Positions 48,952-63,460 of a DNA stretch of 64,000 bases are shown here, one piece after another. This stretch comes from Eledone cirrhosa (taxonomy: Eukaryota). The stretch's first letter is position 1, and the number at the start of each line of letters is the position of its first letter. A program made the position numbers and the translations under genes. The DNA lies in the NCBI GenBank assembly GCA_964016885.1, contig OZ024746.1:19716001-19780000 (forward strand). The letters are read 5' to 3'. A model generated the notes under the pieces. That model was given only the letters and a program-made list of their open reading frames with translations. It searched no databases and had not been told where the DNA came from.

Positions 48952-51733
48952 CACACACATAAAAACACAAAATTTAATTGTCACACATTGAAAGTTTTTT
49001 TTTTCAAAATTATTTGAATCCACATATATTTACTAAAAATAATCTACAATATATTCTTTGCTCTACTATCAATATTTTCATACACTACTATTTCTAGAAA
49101 AGCTGACCTAAGATATATAAATCACCAATGTCATTTTAGTAACAAAGTGTATCAATTTCGTCCAATTCAAATATAGAATGTGACCTATTTTCAGCAAAGT
49201 AAATTGAATAGGCTTATTTATGCTCCATTAATTAAGCCTGGCATTTTTTCTTTTCTTTTTTTATGAGGGAACTTGAGATATAAAGTTTGAGGCAATTTTC
49301 ACAACCAAAATAATGACTATATAGATGCTTTAGTGTTTAGCTTAGCCTAGCATGTAAAAATTAGATATTTTGCTACTCAAACTTTAATTATGTTATAAGA
49401 GCAAGCATGGTCCTGTAATCCCTGAAGGAGTCATAGGAGTGCCATATTGGCATATGGCATTTTTAAACCTAGTGGAATCCATCTCCTTTCCAATTCTGAA
49501 TACAGCAGATTTCTTCCAGAGAAGGATAGAAAGTGATAGAGAGAAGGAGTGAAAAAGAGATATAAAGGAAGAATATCCCCAGTACTAGACTATTACATTT
49601 TTTGGTTTTTATCGACTTTGAATGGAATTTGAACTCAGAAAGTAGAGAGCCAAAATGAATACTGCAAAGCATTCTATCTCATGTTTCAGCACTTTATTTT
49701 ATAAGAGAAGCAAAGCAATTAAGGTGTGCATATGAATTATTTGATTAGAAAGTTTAGATGCGATTCCAATACCCCAACTAACCTTTTTTCTCCTCTTTAA
49801 TAGTCCATGTGAAAGTTACTTAAAAAATTAAGTGTGATTGCTTTTAAGGTGTAGTGGCTTTTATAATTAATCCACAAACTATAGCCTCATTATGATTTTT
49901 TTTATTGAATTCCTAGATGATGGATAACTATGTGTAGTGATAACACAGGATAATCTAATTTGTAATTAGAACTTATGTCCATATCTAATTGTAACATAGA
50001 TAGTATGATTGTGCTAACCTGTTCAGAAATCAAATACATGTTTGACCTCACTAATCTGGCAAGCTAGAGACCAGCCAGGTATCAGAGTAGATTTTCTGAA
50101 CCAGTGAAACTAAAGGTAAAAGATAATACATATACTACTTTCTACATATTTCTACATCTCTACTTTCACCAAAATGAATAATAAAACACAAAAGTATACC
50201 ATTTTTTAAACAAGTTTTATCTCGTTTATTGTATTTTATTACATTCTAGTTTCTCCCTCTCCACTCCCTATAGCTTACTCTTCTTGCCCTGAACCACATG
50301 CACTACAGAAAAACTACACAATCCACTATGAATACATATACTGTACTGCATTACTGATACAGATACAACTTACATAGGCCTAAACCTAGTTCAGGTTTAC
50401 TGGATTTCTTTATGGCTCAAATTTACTGTACAATAGTAGAAAGAGGAAAGAACAATAAGCCTACTGTTACCTTTAAAACATGTCAAAATTATGAATAAAA
50501 AGCAATAATTTATTTACCTTCACTACTCTAAATCCACTTCCAAAATGTATTTTATGTTTCTACATGTAATTCAAATTAAAGCTAGTACAGCTAATATCTG
50601 GCAAGACTGGGTCATCTTGTAGGATACTTGGGTTATCATTTGTATGACATCTGGAGAAGATTCTAGATGCTGTTACAGTGTTGCTAGACATTCTAATTGG
50701 TAATCCTCCAAAACATCAAAATGTTCTTGTAGAGTTACCCCTTTCGTGTATTTAGGCTTCTCTTTGACAAGAGCTTCTTGAATTATATACACGCACTCAC
50801 TCATCACTTGTTGCTCAGATATAAAATTTCTTTGCTCAAACTATGCTATTAATTAGTCAGTTGCCAAGTGAATACACCTGTCAATTAAAAACATTTCCTC
50901 ACTTTCTGCATTGTTCTTCTCTTTGTTGATGTTCCCCTGTACCACACTTACAATTTCTTCATTTGTCATTTGATAAACAAACATTTGAGTCAGTGCTCAC
51001 CTACATTTGATAGTTCAGTGATTAGCAGCAAATATACATCTAACCTGAGATCTGTAAACATTGAATTAGGGATCTATGCGCTAAGTTCAACATTTCTTCT
51101 ACTTAGTTAAAAACATATGTACATATCATTAGGTATCAATCTCGTTCTAAATATATACATTACTCTCCAGGAAATTCATTTAAATAAAAGGAATCCGCTT
51201 TGTGAAAAGGTTTGGAACCACTGATATACAAACTTGCTTCCAATATGTAAATATTCAAATTTACAAAAACAAAAGCCCCCCCCCAAAAAAAAATTAAAAT
51301 AAATAAAAAAGAAAGAATTGCAGCAGCCTAACCTAACTAGCAAAGGGCGGAGAAACTCAGGAGAGTCAAACAGCCATCCAATAAAGATTTTTTTTTTTTT
51401 GTTTGTGACACAAGAGACTCCTAGTCTTCATTAAGACATCTCTCTAGGAGAAGGTCACTCTGATATAAAACCTGCAACTTCAGTTGCATCCAATGATGTA
51501 GACCAGTTCTTCTTTTTGGGTAAATGCATTCAATGTTCAGAGAGTGGGATTGGCCCCATGCAAAGCCTTTCCTTACTTAAAAAAACTTTAAACACAGGCA
51601 TCACTTGATATGTGACATTTTTTGTAATGCATGACATGGCTGGCCATAAGCAAGTCCCTAGAAGGACTAAAACACCATGTCTAAGATGTTCATGCTTAAG
51701 TATCAAGCAATGGCATTACTCGAAAGAGTTGCA

Positions 51734-51777
<44 letters not shown>

Positions 51778-52563
51778 GAGAGAGAAATAGAGAGAATTCA
51801 TAAGCCTGTCTATGTACATAAGAGTTAACAAAAAACATCAATTACACAAACATCAATTACTATCAATATCTATTTCAAACATTAGAGACCAACTGATATT
51901 TATCTATGAAATGTGTTAATTGTGACTAAATACACTTCTCAAAATTAGCTCTTCTGTTCTAAAACACTGGTTTAGGCTGGTTAAATGGAGTTTTGAAAAT
52001 GATATGGAACTATAACAGCTAATGAGTTCACAAGTTAATTGTAACATCATGACACAATAAGTGAAGCCAACATCAAGGTCAGTGAACCAAGCCAACAACA
52101 AATTGCTCTTTCTAGTGTTTAACTGATGTTAGCAATTGATGAAATTACAATAAAAAAGGAATGTTAACAGAACAGCTGCAAGGGTGCTTTTAACACCACA
52201 GAGCCCTAATAATCCTATTATCTATATTATATGTGTGAGTGTATGTATAAAGAGGAAACGAGAGGGAAGGAGGAGAACATATTTATAAATTCTAAACAAA
52301 GAGTGCTTTTTTTTACATGACACTAATTCATTGTTCACATGTTCCTTCAGGTATTGGGAAGAGAACTGGACAATGGTTCAAATCCTTGAACCTTAATGTA
52401 CCCCCACATTTAACCCAATCACAGCTGATTTAATTTTTCTTCATATATTTTAGATATGCTGCTTGTATACTATGTTTTAATTAAGCCACTATAATAAGAA
52501 ATAGTATTTTGAATAATACATATTTTATAGACACCAGGAAGACAAAATTCCAAGACAGGCAAA

Positions 52564-52730
52564 CAGTGCTGGATTTAGGACAAACGAGGCCCTGAGCTAG
52601 TTAAGTTATGAGGCCTCTTACTTGGGCCCTGAAAGAGGTAAACATTTTTTCTTGGCAGGAAGATGGGCACCCCTATCCAACAGGGCTTTGTGCTTAAGCA
52701 CACCTAAGCACAATGGTAAATCCTACACTA
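52564..52730. mobile_element. Harbinger/hAT-like MITE
   Basis: Imperfect TIRs cagtgctggattta / taaatcctacacta; internal gaggccct motifs. Confidence 0.5.
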
Positions 52731-53022
52731 CAGACAAAGGTAGGCTGTTGAAGAAAAGCAATAAATTGTGACAAGTCAACAAACCCCCTAGCTGCTTTAC
52801 AGCTTCCCTTGCTTCCCATTTTTCCTTTATCCTTTTTTATGCTTATTTTGCCTCCTGTTGACTTTCCTGATTTAAAATCCTTTTTTTAATTTTATATTTT
52901 TAAAAAATTTTAATTATTGCTTTTATATTCATTTATCTCTGCCTTGTTTTGTGTTTCTCAACTGTAAGAAGTACTAGATGATTCCCCTGGTTTGCCATGT
53001 CTTACTAGCTCTATACAGACGT

Positions 53023-53058
<36 letters not shown>

Positions 53059-53639
53059 CGGTTTCTACTTTAGGCACAAGGCCAGCAACTACCCAGTACA
53101 TTACTGGTACTTTATTTTATCGACCCCGTAAGGATGAAAGGCAAAGTCAACCTTGGCGGGAACACATTGAGTGTTGTCAAGTTAGAATGAGCTGGAATAA
53201 TTTAATCTAAGAATATTACCTGCAATGAGAAGATATTTCTCTCTTTTCAGCTCCATTCCACGAAAATGGAGCTAGCCATTATTATGGCTTAAGAAGAATT
53301 AGAATAATATCAATAATAATAGGGGGAGGGGCAAGAAAGACATCTTATTTTAGAAGAAATTAAGATAACCATCCACTAAAATAACACTGAAATATTTTGA
53401 CATTGATGATGGCTGCTGCTAAGAAAATGACAAAACAGCTGCAGCAGTAACTGGATAAAGCAGGGAGTAGAGTATATAGTAAGGAACTCTCAGGAGAACT
53501 GGGCAGAAGGTCTTTAGAGAAGGAACTAAATGTTGTCCTGTGTTTTGCCATTAGTTTAATTGTTATTCACCAGGATTTGAACCTTATAATGATTTAGCAC
53601 TATTATATAATATCATAAATACATTATAAATAAATAAAG

Positions 53640-54045
53640 CAGTGGATTTGCAGCAAAGAGTTATGGCCCTTTACGTTCTGAGTTCAAATCTCTCCCCCCA
53701 CCCCCCCACCCCGATTAACTTTGCCTTTCATCCTTACAGAGTCAATAAAATAAAGTACCAGTAATGCACTAGGGTAATTGCTGGCCTTGTGCCAAAAGTA
53801 GAAACAATTATCATAAATACACCTGGGGCGGTGGATGGGCAGAATTGTTAGAGCTTCGGACAAATGCTTTGCAGTATTTGTTCCGGCTCTTTACTTTCTA
53901 AGTTCAAATCCTGCTGAAGTCAGCTTTGCCTTTCATCATTCTGGGGTCAATAAAATAAAGTACCAGTAAAGAACTGGGGATCGATATAGTTGGCTTTCCC
54001 CTTGCCCTAAATTACTAGCCTTGTACTTAAAGTAGAAATCATAAT
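53640..54045 (+). mobile_element. two consecutive family-A SINE copies
   Basis: Cores at ~53718 and ~53922. Confidence 0.75.
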
Positions 54046-54332
54046 ACATACACCAAAAATATTAAAGGTTTAAAATTAATAGTATAAACAATAAATACAA
54101 TACTAAAGACTCCACAGTTCAACAAACGAATTTTAATAACTTAGCTATCTGTCCAAATTTATTCAGCCAGATGGTCTACAGATTATAAAAATACAACTCT
54201 AGACTTCTTGTAATCCTTTTCAACTAAAATAGCAACCACTAAATTATAATGAAATAACTTTGTCATCCCAAATATAAGAGAGCAAAGAAATAAGATAAAA
54301 TAAGTAGAGAACTTAAAGACAAAGCTGGTAGC

Positions 54333-54579
54333 CAGGACCAGATTAAGCGGGGGAGGGGGGGGGGGGGGGGGGGGGGTAAATACCCTGGGCACCCCTTGTC
54401 AAACAGAGCCCCCCCCCCAGAACATCCCTGGGTCCCCACAAACCTGAACTGTCCTGAACACCCACAAACCTGAACAGCTCTGGGTCCCACAAACTTCAAC
54501 TGAACAGGCCCCCCCAACCTCGGCTGCCCTGAGACCCCCAAATCTGAACACCCTTCTCCATGGTTTAAATATGGCACTG
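54333..54579. mobile_element. GC-rich MITE-like element
   Basis: Ends caggaccagattaa / ttaaatatggcactg; similar start caggaccagatttag at 32227; internal cccacaaacctgaac repeats. Confidence 0.4.
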
Positions 54580-54747
54580 ATGGGAGCTAAAATATAAAAC
54601 TGTAGAATTATATTAAATGTAGATTGGTCCCAAAACAGAATTGTTTGTTGGGAGACAGTGAAGCCAGAGAAAGACTGATATAGACTTTGTTATTTTAAAA
54701 AGAAGAAAAGAAAAAAGAAAAATGATGGATATCTAGTATTAATAAAT

Positions 54748-54934
54748 AACTGTTTCTACTTTAGGCACAAGGCCAGCAATCACCCAGTGCATTACTGGTA
54801 CTTTATTTTATCGACCCTGTAAGGATGAAAGGCAAAGTCAACCTCAGCGGGATTTGAACTCAGATCGTAAAGGGACGTAACTATGCTGGAAAGCATGGCG
54901 TCCGACCCTCTACTGATACTGCCAATCCACAGCC
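54748..54934 (-). mobile_element. young family-A SINE with 18-bp TSD
   Basis: ctagtattaataaataac on both sides. Confidence 0.92.
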
Positions 54935-55267
54935 CTAGTATTAATAAATAACATGACTTGTCCTTTAATCCTGACAGTGACAGAGAATTGGATTAGATTG
55001 GCTTCATGGCTTTCTCACAGTATGATAGGAGAGAGAGAGGGGGGGGCTAGGGAAGAGAGACAGACAGAGAGAGAGATGCACGTTCACATTATCTGTAACA
55101 GAAGCAGCTTGTCAAAAGCAAATGAAATTGTTCAAGTAGAATTTAAGCAGACAAGATGTCATCCGAAATCTCAGAAGACTTCCAGCAAAGGGGTGGCCAT
55201 TTACTGGATATGACAATACTACAACTAATTTCTGAACCATAAAAATAGAAAGAGTGAATTCAGCTTG

Positions 55268-55274
55268 ACAAGAA

Positions 55275-55325
<51 letters not shown>

Positions 55326-55432
55326 AGTGTGTGAGTGTGAGTGAGAGAGAGAGAGAGAGAGAGAAGTGTGTGAGTGAGAGAGAGAGAGAGAGAAGTGTGT
55401 GAGTGAGAGAGAGAGAGAGAGAAGAAGTGTGT

Positions 55433-55489
<57 letters not shown>

Positions 55490-55828
55490 GTGTGAGTGAG
55501 AGAGAGAGAGAGACAAGAAGTGTGTGAGTGAGAGAGAGAGAGAGAGAAGTGTGTGAGTGAGAGAGAGAGAGAGAGAGAAGAAGTGTGTGAGTGAGAGAGA
55601 GAGAGAGAGAAGAAGTGTGTGAGTGAGAGAGAGAGAGAGAAGTGTGTGAGTGAGAGAGAGAGAGAGAGAGAGAGAAGTGTGTGAGTGAGAGTGAGAGAAG
55701 AAGTGTGTGAGTGAGAGTGAGAGAAGAAGTGTGTGAGTGAGAGAGAGAGAGAGAGAAGAAGTGTGTGAGTGAGAGAGAGAGAGAGACAAGAAGTGTGTGA
55801 GTGAGAGAGAGAGAGAGAGAGACAAGAA

Positions 55829-55866
<38 letters not shown>

Positions 55867-56064
55867 AGAAGTGTGAGAGAGAGAGAGAGAGAAGAAGTAT
55901 GTGAGTGAGAGAGAGAGAGAGAGAAGTGTGTGAGTGAGAGAGAGAGAGAAGTGTGTGAGTGAGAGAGAGAGAGACAAGAAGTGTGTGAGTGAGAGAGAGA
56001 GAGAGAGAGAGACAAGAAGTGTGTGAGTGAGAGAGAGAGAGAGAGAGAGAGACAAGAAGTGTGT

Positions 56065-56100
<36 letters not shown>

Positions 56101-56114
56101 AGAAGTGTGTGAGT

Positions 56115-56148
<34 letters not shown>

Positions 56149-56225
56149 CAAGAAGTGTGTGAGTGAGAGAGAGAGAGAGACAAGAAGTGTGTGAGAGAGA
56201 GAGACAAGAAGTGTGTGAGAGAGAG
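55268..56225. repeat. punctuated (GA)n array: constant (ac)aagaagtgtgtgagtga motif separated by variable-length GA runs
   Basis: Roughly 30 units by eye. Confidence 0.92.
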
Positions 56226-56689
56226 GGGGGAGGGAGAGATGTCATTGTCACCCACCCAATTTAATTATATTTCAAAAATAACTTATGGAAGAAGTGTTCA
56301 AAAGTGAAAAACACTTGAAATTTGAATTATCATCATGATAATCATTTTAAATGTGAAACTAATACCACCACTCCCCCGCCGCCACCCTCATCAGCACCTC
56401 AATATTGTTACTGTTATTTTCTTAAACTACTTAATAGATGAAATAGAAACCAAACAGTCTATTAGATTACACAATAACAGTTGAATTCAATTTCTGTATG
56501 AAGAAATGAATATAATTATATAAAAGCTCATATTTTTGTTGTAGTGAACCATATTTTCTTTTCATACGTGTATAATTATTTCAATTGATTAATAAACTAT
56601 CTTTGGAGGAAATGTAGTTCCTCAGAAGAAATTTTAATCAACTGAAATAATTTCTCCAGTTCAGCTGGATTTGAACTCAAAGCAAAATA

Positions 56690-56864
56690 ATTTTGGCACA
56701 AGGCCAGCAATTACCCAGTGTATTACTGGTACTTTATTTTATCAACCCCATAAGGAGGAAAGGCAAAGTTAAGCTCGGCGGGATTTGAACTCAGAATGGC
56801 AAGGGCCGTAACTCTATGCGTCAAAGCATGGCGTCCGACCCTCTACCGATACTGCCAATCCACC
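56690..56864 (-). mobile_element. young family-A SINE
   Basis: Near-identical to 24125-24313. Confidence 0.88.
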
Positions 56865-56887
56865 AATGTGTTCTTCCCTAACTGGTC

Positions 56888-57230
56888 TCATCATCATTAA
56901 GTGCTAGGTCTTTCCAGATATCGGCGATCATGGCTCTCCAGTCCATCCTGTTGTCAGTGTTCCTGTTGAGGTCACCCTCTTTCGTTCTATTCTTGTTGAC
57001 ATATTTGTCCAGTTTGTCTCTGTAAATGTTGTTCGTTGTCTTCCTTGTCTCCTCTTTCGAGTCATCTTGCCACAAAGAATCAGCTTCTTCAAACTGTCTC
57101 TTCTGTTTATGTGGCCGAAGAATTCCAATTGCCTCTTTCTAATAGTACGGACAATAGATCTTTCTATGCCTGCCAGTCTTAAGACTTAATCGTTGGTTTT
57201 CTTTTCCATCCAAAATATTTTGAATATTCT
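56888..57230 (-). mobile_element. RTE LINE 3' end
   Basis: Translations QLEFFGHINRRDSLKKLILCGKMTRKRRQGRQR and DNRMDWRAMIAD, followed by a (GAT)n tail. Confidence 0.8.
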
Positions 57231-59654
57231 CTAACTGGTCTAAAATATGCATCTGTATACCATAGGCATGTTTACATCATACGCACCTGTATATATATAT
57301 TTCATAGGCATGTGTATATACTGGGTAAAACATTACTTTGTTTTGTTTTATTTGTCATCTTTTGCCCTTTATATATTTCTACTACACTGTACCAGCTTTC
57401 TGAAATATTTATCATGTACTTCTTTTTATTCAAAAGATGGTTGGGTGAAACTTGAGTGAGATTTGACTGCTATTTCAAACAGGTCAAATGATCATATAGA
57501 GGCTCATACATAATTAATTGGAATATTTTTTGTTTTATTTTGTTTTAGTTCTTTTTTTTTAAATCTGATTCTGAACTGAAGACCAAATAAAAGAGAGCAG
57601 GCAAGTGTTAAAAAAAAACAAAGTAAGAGACTCCAAAGAAGTAAATAACATCTGTATAATATCAGATTTATATTTTTGGAAGTAATGGCAACTTCTTAGA
57701 AGTAAGTTAGTTGTTTTAGTAGGACAGGAGTTACATAGATAACAGATAAAAAAGTTTTTGTTTTCATTTTGTTTTTTAAGTTACTTTTTTTTTTTTTCAT
57801 AGTAAGGAAATGAAGGCTTGCTATTGGATGCTGTCTGCCAGTACAAACTCACATAAACAAACATGTATGACTCACAGAAGGATGTTCCTTCCCTCAGCAA
57901 CAACCAAGTAAAAGGGAGTGAAAAAAATAGAAATAAGCAAGAAGTGAAGGTAGGGTAGGTGTTTGTATGTATTGAAACAGGGGTGGGGGTGGAATAGTGG
58001 CCTGCTGACCTATTCCAGAACACCTTATGCTCTTCTGCCAATCCCTTTCCTCAAACAGAATTCACCAGAGTGAAGTGGTTGTAAGAGAAAAAGGAAGAGG
58101 AAGAGGAGGAGAAAGAGGAAGAGGGGGAGGAGATAGACATCTGATAGCACCAAGCCAACCACTTCAGAGAGTTTTGTAAGACATAGACTGCTAAATCTCT
58201 CTCTTTATACAGATAAGACTAAGGGATAATGTTCCTCCTACAGTCTTTTTATAGCAATAATAACAAAGAAAAAAAAACAACAAAAAAGCAAACCAAGATA
58301 CAGGAGTGCTTATCTGACAACCCCAGCATGTGTGAGAAAGGGGTTTGTGAAAACTCCATTGACATTTTCATACATATCTTGACAAAGATCATGATAAAAA
58401 CTAGAAATTATTAAAAATAAACTTTCCCTATCTCACTACCCCATATCATCATCACCATCCCCATTATTATCATCATCAGATTTAAAAGTTTTTCATCCCA
58501 TGCTGATAAATGAGTACAAGCAGCTTTCTGGGGGTTTCTCTTTTTTTCCCCATGTTACCAAGTACAGTGATCATTTGCTGGCATGTTCTTGATTCCTTGA
58601 CTTCAATAATTTTACAAATGAGTCATTAAACCAGTAAATTATGACAACACCTTTCAGGTTTTTCTTCCTTGTCAACAAAAGTTTAACAGAGGTCAAGTTA
58701 ACCCAGTTAGTCTGTAGCTGTAGTCTCTTCTCACAGAATGTTGACACTAACTACTATTAGCTATTTTGGTAGAGATAAAATATAGAAATTATGCTTGGGG
58801 AGGGGGAGGGAAGTTTTATTGTTTTAGTAATATTTGGTCATTTATTTTTATTTTTTCTCTTTTTTTTTTTTTACCAAGCAATATTTTATTTCTTTGAAAT
58901 AGAATCTCTTTAATAACAATTATAACCACCGCCTCTAATAACCACAACCACACATACACATACATACATACTCAGACTCACACACCCACACATACAGACT
59001 CAGACACACACAGACGTACACATACACCCTGCTACTGCTAGCAATCTTTAAAACAGTACCTATTCTCATATAATAGAAAACACATTGCAGAATATCTAAG
59101 TATAGATAGTGAGGACATCACTATTAAAGTAAATTCATATACCATGTCAACAAAAAAGCTTTAAGTTTTTGATTTGTTTGTTTGTTTGTTAATATAGAGT
59201 TAGCTGCCCGCATGTGCGAGCCCCACAAGGTGGAGTAGCTGTTCCAACACGTCTCCCTCACTGTGCTCCGGGCCAATGTATTCTCCATCCTGTTGGCCAG
59301 GAGCAAGAGACAGAGGGTAAGTTAATTTCCTCTTCTCACCCCACTTTCACTCGTTTATTATAATACTGCAGCAGCAACCACTACCACAATGGATCTGATG
59401 GTTTTTGATATGCTATACATATCGCCACAAATATAGACCTTTTTTTTTTAAATACAGTCAGTTGAAAAATATCCTCTGAATTTTGGTTTAATTTAAATGT
59501 TCAATTAAGGAAAGCATAAGAAGAAGTCAACTAATTCCATCAATTGAGAAGATCCCAAACCTCACTCGCTTACCAAGTGGTGTGGAACTTGTCAAATCGG
59601 ACCAAGGAAACAATGTTTCCATTGGTCTTCCCATTGGAGGAAGTAATGAAGTTA

Positions 59655-60665
59655 AATATTAGGATCATTATCTCAAAAATGAGATGACACAATAAATATT
59701 AGGATCATGACCTCAAAGATGAGATAACACAATAAATATTAGGATCATGGACCTCAAAGATGAGATGACACAATAAATATTAGGATCATGACCTCAAAGA
59801 TGAGATGACACAATAAATATTAGGATCATGGACCTCAAAGATGAGATGACACAATAAATATTAGGATCATGACCTCAAAGATGAGATAACACAATAAATA
59901 TTAGGATCATGACCTCAAAGATGAGATAACACAATAAATATTAGGATCATGTACCTCAAAGATGAGATGACACAATAAATATTAGGATCATGACCTCAAA
60001 GATGAGATGACACAATAAATATTAGGATCATGACCTCAAAGATGAGATAACACAATAAATATTAGGATCATGGACCTCAAAGATGAGATGACACAATAAA
60101 TATTAGGATCATGACCTCAAAGATGAGATGACACAATAAATATTAGGATCATGGACCTCAAAGATGAGATGACACAATAAATATTAGGATCATGACCTCA
60201 AAGATGAGATAACACAATAAATATTAGGATCATGGACCTCAAAGATGAGATGACACAATAAATATTAGGATCATGGACCTCAAAGATGAGATGACACAAT
60301 AAATATTAGGATCATGGGCCTCAAAGATGAGCTGACACAATAAATATTAGGATCATGACCTCAAAGATGAGATGACACAATAAATATTAGGATCATGACC
60401 TCAAAGATGAGATAACACAATAAATATTAGGATCATGACCTCAAAGATGAGATGACGCAATAAATATTAGGATCATGACCTCAAAGATGAGATGACACAA
60501 TAAATATTAGGATCATGACCTCAAAGATGAGCTGACACAATAAATATTAGGATCATGGGCCTCAAAGATGAGATGATAATAAATATTAGGATCATGACCT
60601 CAAAGATGAGATGACACAATAAATATTAGGATCATGACCTCAAAGATGAGATGACGCAGAATAAA
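59655..60665. repeat. 40-41-bp minisatellite, ~25 units
   Basis: Unit aaatattaggatcatg(g)acctcaaagatgagat(g/a)acacaat, with no unique spacers. Confidence 0.95.
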
Positions 60666-61677
60666 TGTCATCAATGTTATACTGCAATCCCTTGCAACCT
60701 ATTAAACGTAAAATACATATATATAACAGGAACGATGATGATGATGATGAAGGAAGGAAGACAACTGAGAAGATCCCAGACCTCATTTGCTTACTGAATG
60801 GAATGGACCTTGCCAAATCAGACAAAGGATACAATGTTTCCATTGGTCTTTCCATTGATTGATACTATCTACCGATCACAACTCCTGGTAGAAATTAAGT
60901 ATTATTACAACTTAATGAAGGAAGAATAAAGCTACAAGAATAACCCAGTACAAGCTGTAAAGTGATTGGTTACTGTGAAACAGTAGTTGTGTCAAGGGAA
61001 TGACAACCTCCCTAGTGTTGGTGATCTACAGGATAAAAACACCCAATATGTGCTGTAAAGTAGTTTGTGTTAGGAAGGTCCAAAGAAAAGGTTGGGAGGA
61101 CCCTCAAGTTGTGTCAAAGACACAGCGACCTCTTTAGTACTAGTGCTACAATAAAATACACTTGGTAGAATGCAGAACCATATGTAAGCAAGATGCAAAC
61201 CCCTAGCCTATCTGGGAGATCAGTTGCCCTGCTTCAGTACAGACTTGGCCTGTGAAGACCTGCCCAACACTTGCTATCAGAGAAAGTGGAGGTTAAATGA
61301 TGATGATGATGATGATATTACTATAGCCAGAAAAATCTGGAAGAAACTGTATCATTACATACTTATGTATATGAATATATTCTAGAGTATTTCATTTGTT
61401 TATAGATATTGTTTTTCATATAACCCACAGCTCACTCAACACATAACTAAATAAGCTGCTTTAAAAAAAATTGAAGAATCAGAAAAGTACCCCCTCCCAC
61501 CCCCAAATAGTGTATTTTGTTTAGTAATGATTGGCAAAAAAATTGGAAAATCTAAGTTTCAGTAGTTTCTGAGATAGTAGAATGGATGCCCTAAAAACAA
61601 CATATAATGTTTTGGCACTTGGTTTTGTTGGGAATGATAATAGAGTTCACAATAACTCAAACAACAAATACAAATAG

Positions 61678-61893
61678 TGGTTTCCGATTTAGGCGCAAGG
61701 CCAACCAGGGGGAGGTTAAAGTCGATTAAATGAACTCCAGTGCATTACTACTGGTACTTTATTTTATCAACCTCGTGAGGATAAAAGGCAAAGCTAACCT
61801 TGGTAGTATTTGAACTCAAAATGTAAAGGGACATAACTATATGTTACAAAGCATGTTGTCCCATGATCTACTGATTCTGCCAATCCACTGCCC
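61678..61893 (-). mobile_element. older family-A SINE
   Basis: ggataaaaggcaaagctaaccttgg...tttgaactca...gccaatccactgccc. Confidence 0.75.
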
Positions 61894-62999
61894 TTAAGTG
61901 AAGATGTTAATAACAATGAAAACAAACATTTCTTCAAAGTTGTATATTGATATAACAACAGAGAGGAAACCAAATTGAGTATTTTTCAGAGATAAAGTCC
62001 TGTAGACAGGTTCAAACCAGCTATAACAGGTCAGTCATATTGATGTTCTCAAAATAAATAACATCAAAATCTTATAGATTTAATATTATATGAGGTAATT
62101 ATGTAAGGTAAAGCCTTTACCATGGAAATATAATAGTAAATATAGAGTAATGTAAATACTAAAGGGAACCCTAACCGGTATACAGCAATAAAGTTGGTCA
62201 CCTCCACAACTATCACCACCACCACCATCCCTATCAGTAAACATAAATTAAAAGGTAAACCTGATGTCCTTTGTCAGGTATTTGCAGAGAGTGCTATATC
62301 CTAAACAATGATGACTAACTATCAATTTTTTGCTACAACAATATAGAATGCTATCTTTAAACCAAAAGATATTATCTGGAGAAAGTAGCAACACAAATGT
62401 GGAAAAGCCTGAAGGAATGTTGTAAAGAATTGGCCAGTTCTCTGTATTAATTATTTCACCCGAGCTTTACTTTCAGATTATTTCTAAACCAGTGAAAAAA
62501 AAAAACCTCTCTTTAATGGTATACAGCATTTCTTGGGCATTTTAAGCCTGGTGGAGTCCATCTCTTCTCCAGATTTGAATTCAGCAGATTTCTTCCAGGG
62601 AAGGATAGAAAGTGAGAAAGAAATATAGATAGAGGAGGAATCGACCCCAGTACTAGACTGGTACTTTTTTTTTATTAACCTCAAAAGGATGAAAGGCAAA
62701 GTTAACCTCGGCGAGATTTGAACTGTGAGAGCAGAGAGCCAGAACAAATACCATAAAGCATTCTATCCAGACTCTGCCAATCCACTGCCTGACCTCTGTA
62801 ATAGCTATACATAAAGAAACAATCTGAAGTGAACCCAGCAAAAATACTGACATATATGAATATATAGTATCACAAGTCTTTAAATAACTGCAAGGACACC
62901 TGGTGGGATCAGGCAGATAATTCCTCTTCTGACTAAACTATCTTTTCTCCCACACATGAAACAATTACTTGAGCAGAGGTCAGGAAGTATGTGTCATAA

Positions 63000-63460
63000 T
63001 TCTAGACATCAAAAGAGCAGCTTTTGATATAGTCAAGCACAATAGATTCTATACCAAGCTGAGATCAAAAAGAATGAATATATGGGGAGGGGTATAGACT
63101 TAAGTTGATGCAAAGCTATCTTAATGGCCAATATCAAAATTGTTATTTCAGGTCAGTCTTCTGATCAGTTATCAATGCTTCACTATCACAAAGCTGAATA
63201 CTTGGTCCACTTTTCTTAGATGATCCTGTCAATGCCTGTGAAAACAATTTGTTATTTATATTATGCTATTTTTGCACCAATGCTTAAACATAAAATGTTA
63301 GAATGAAAGCCTGGGTACATGACTGGAAGGTGACATTTGAATCATCAAAGTACAAAGCAATGGTTTACATCAAGGAAAACACCCCTACCTCCTATTTAGA
63401 AATTGTAAACTGTTTAAGAAAAAGGAATTTGAAATTTTGGGTGTTACCATATCCTGAAAT
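63000..63460 (+). mobile_element. decayed CR1/L2-group LINE RT fragment
   Basis: Pieces AAFDIVKH, LGPLF and KAWVHDWKVTFESSKYKAM (cf. WxxxWxVxFxPxKC). Confidence 0.6.

Noticed and set aside
50570-51010. Possible host exon or pogo/Tigger relic on the minus strand (MTNEEIV-like)
   Set aside because: Too short and degenerate to support either call.
55112-56255. Long ORFs of 308-379 aa
   Set aside because: Translations of the (CT)n-based array; no coding signal.
59655-60665. CRISPR-like array
   Set aside because: Units are contiguous with no unique spacers, there are no cas genes, and the context is eukaryotic.
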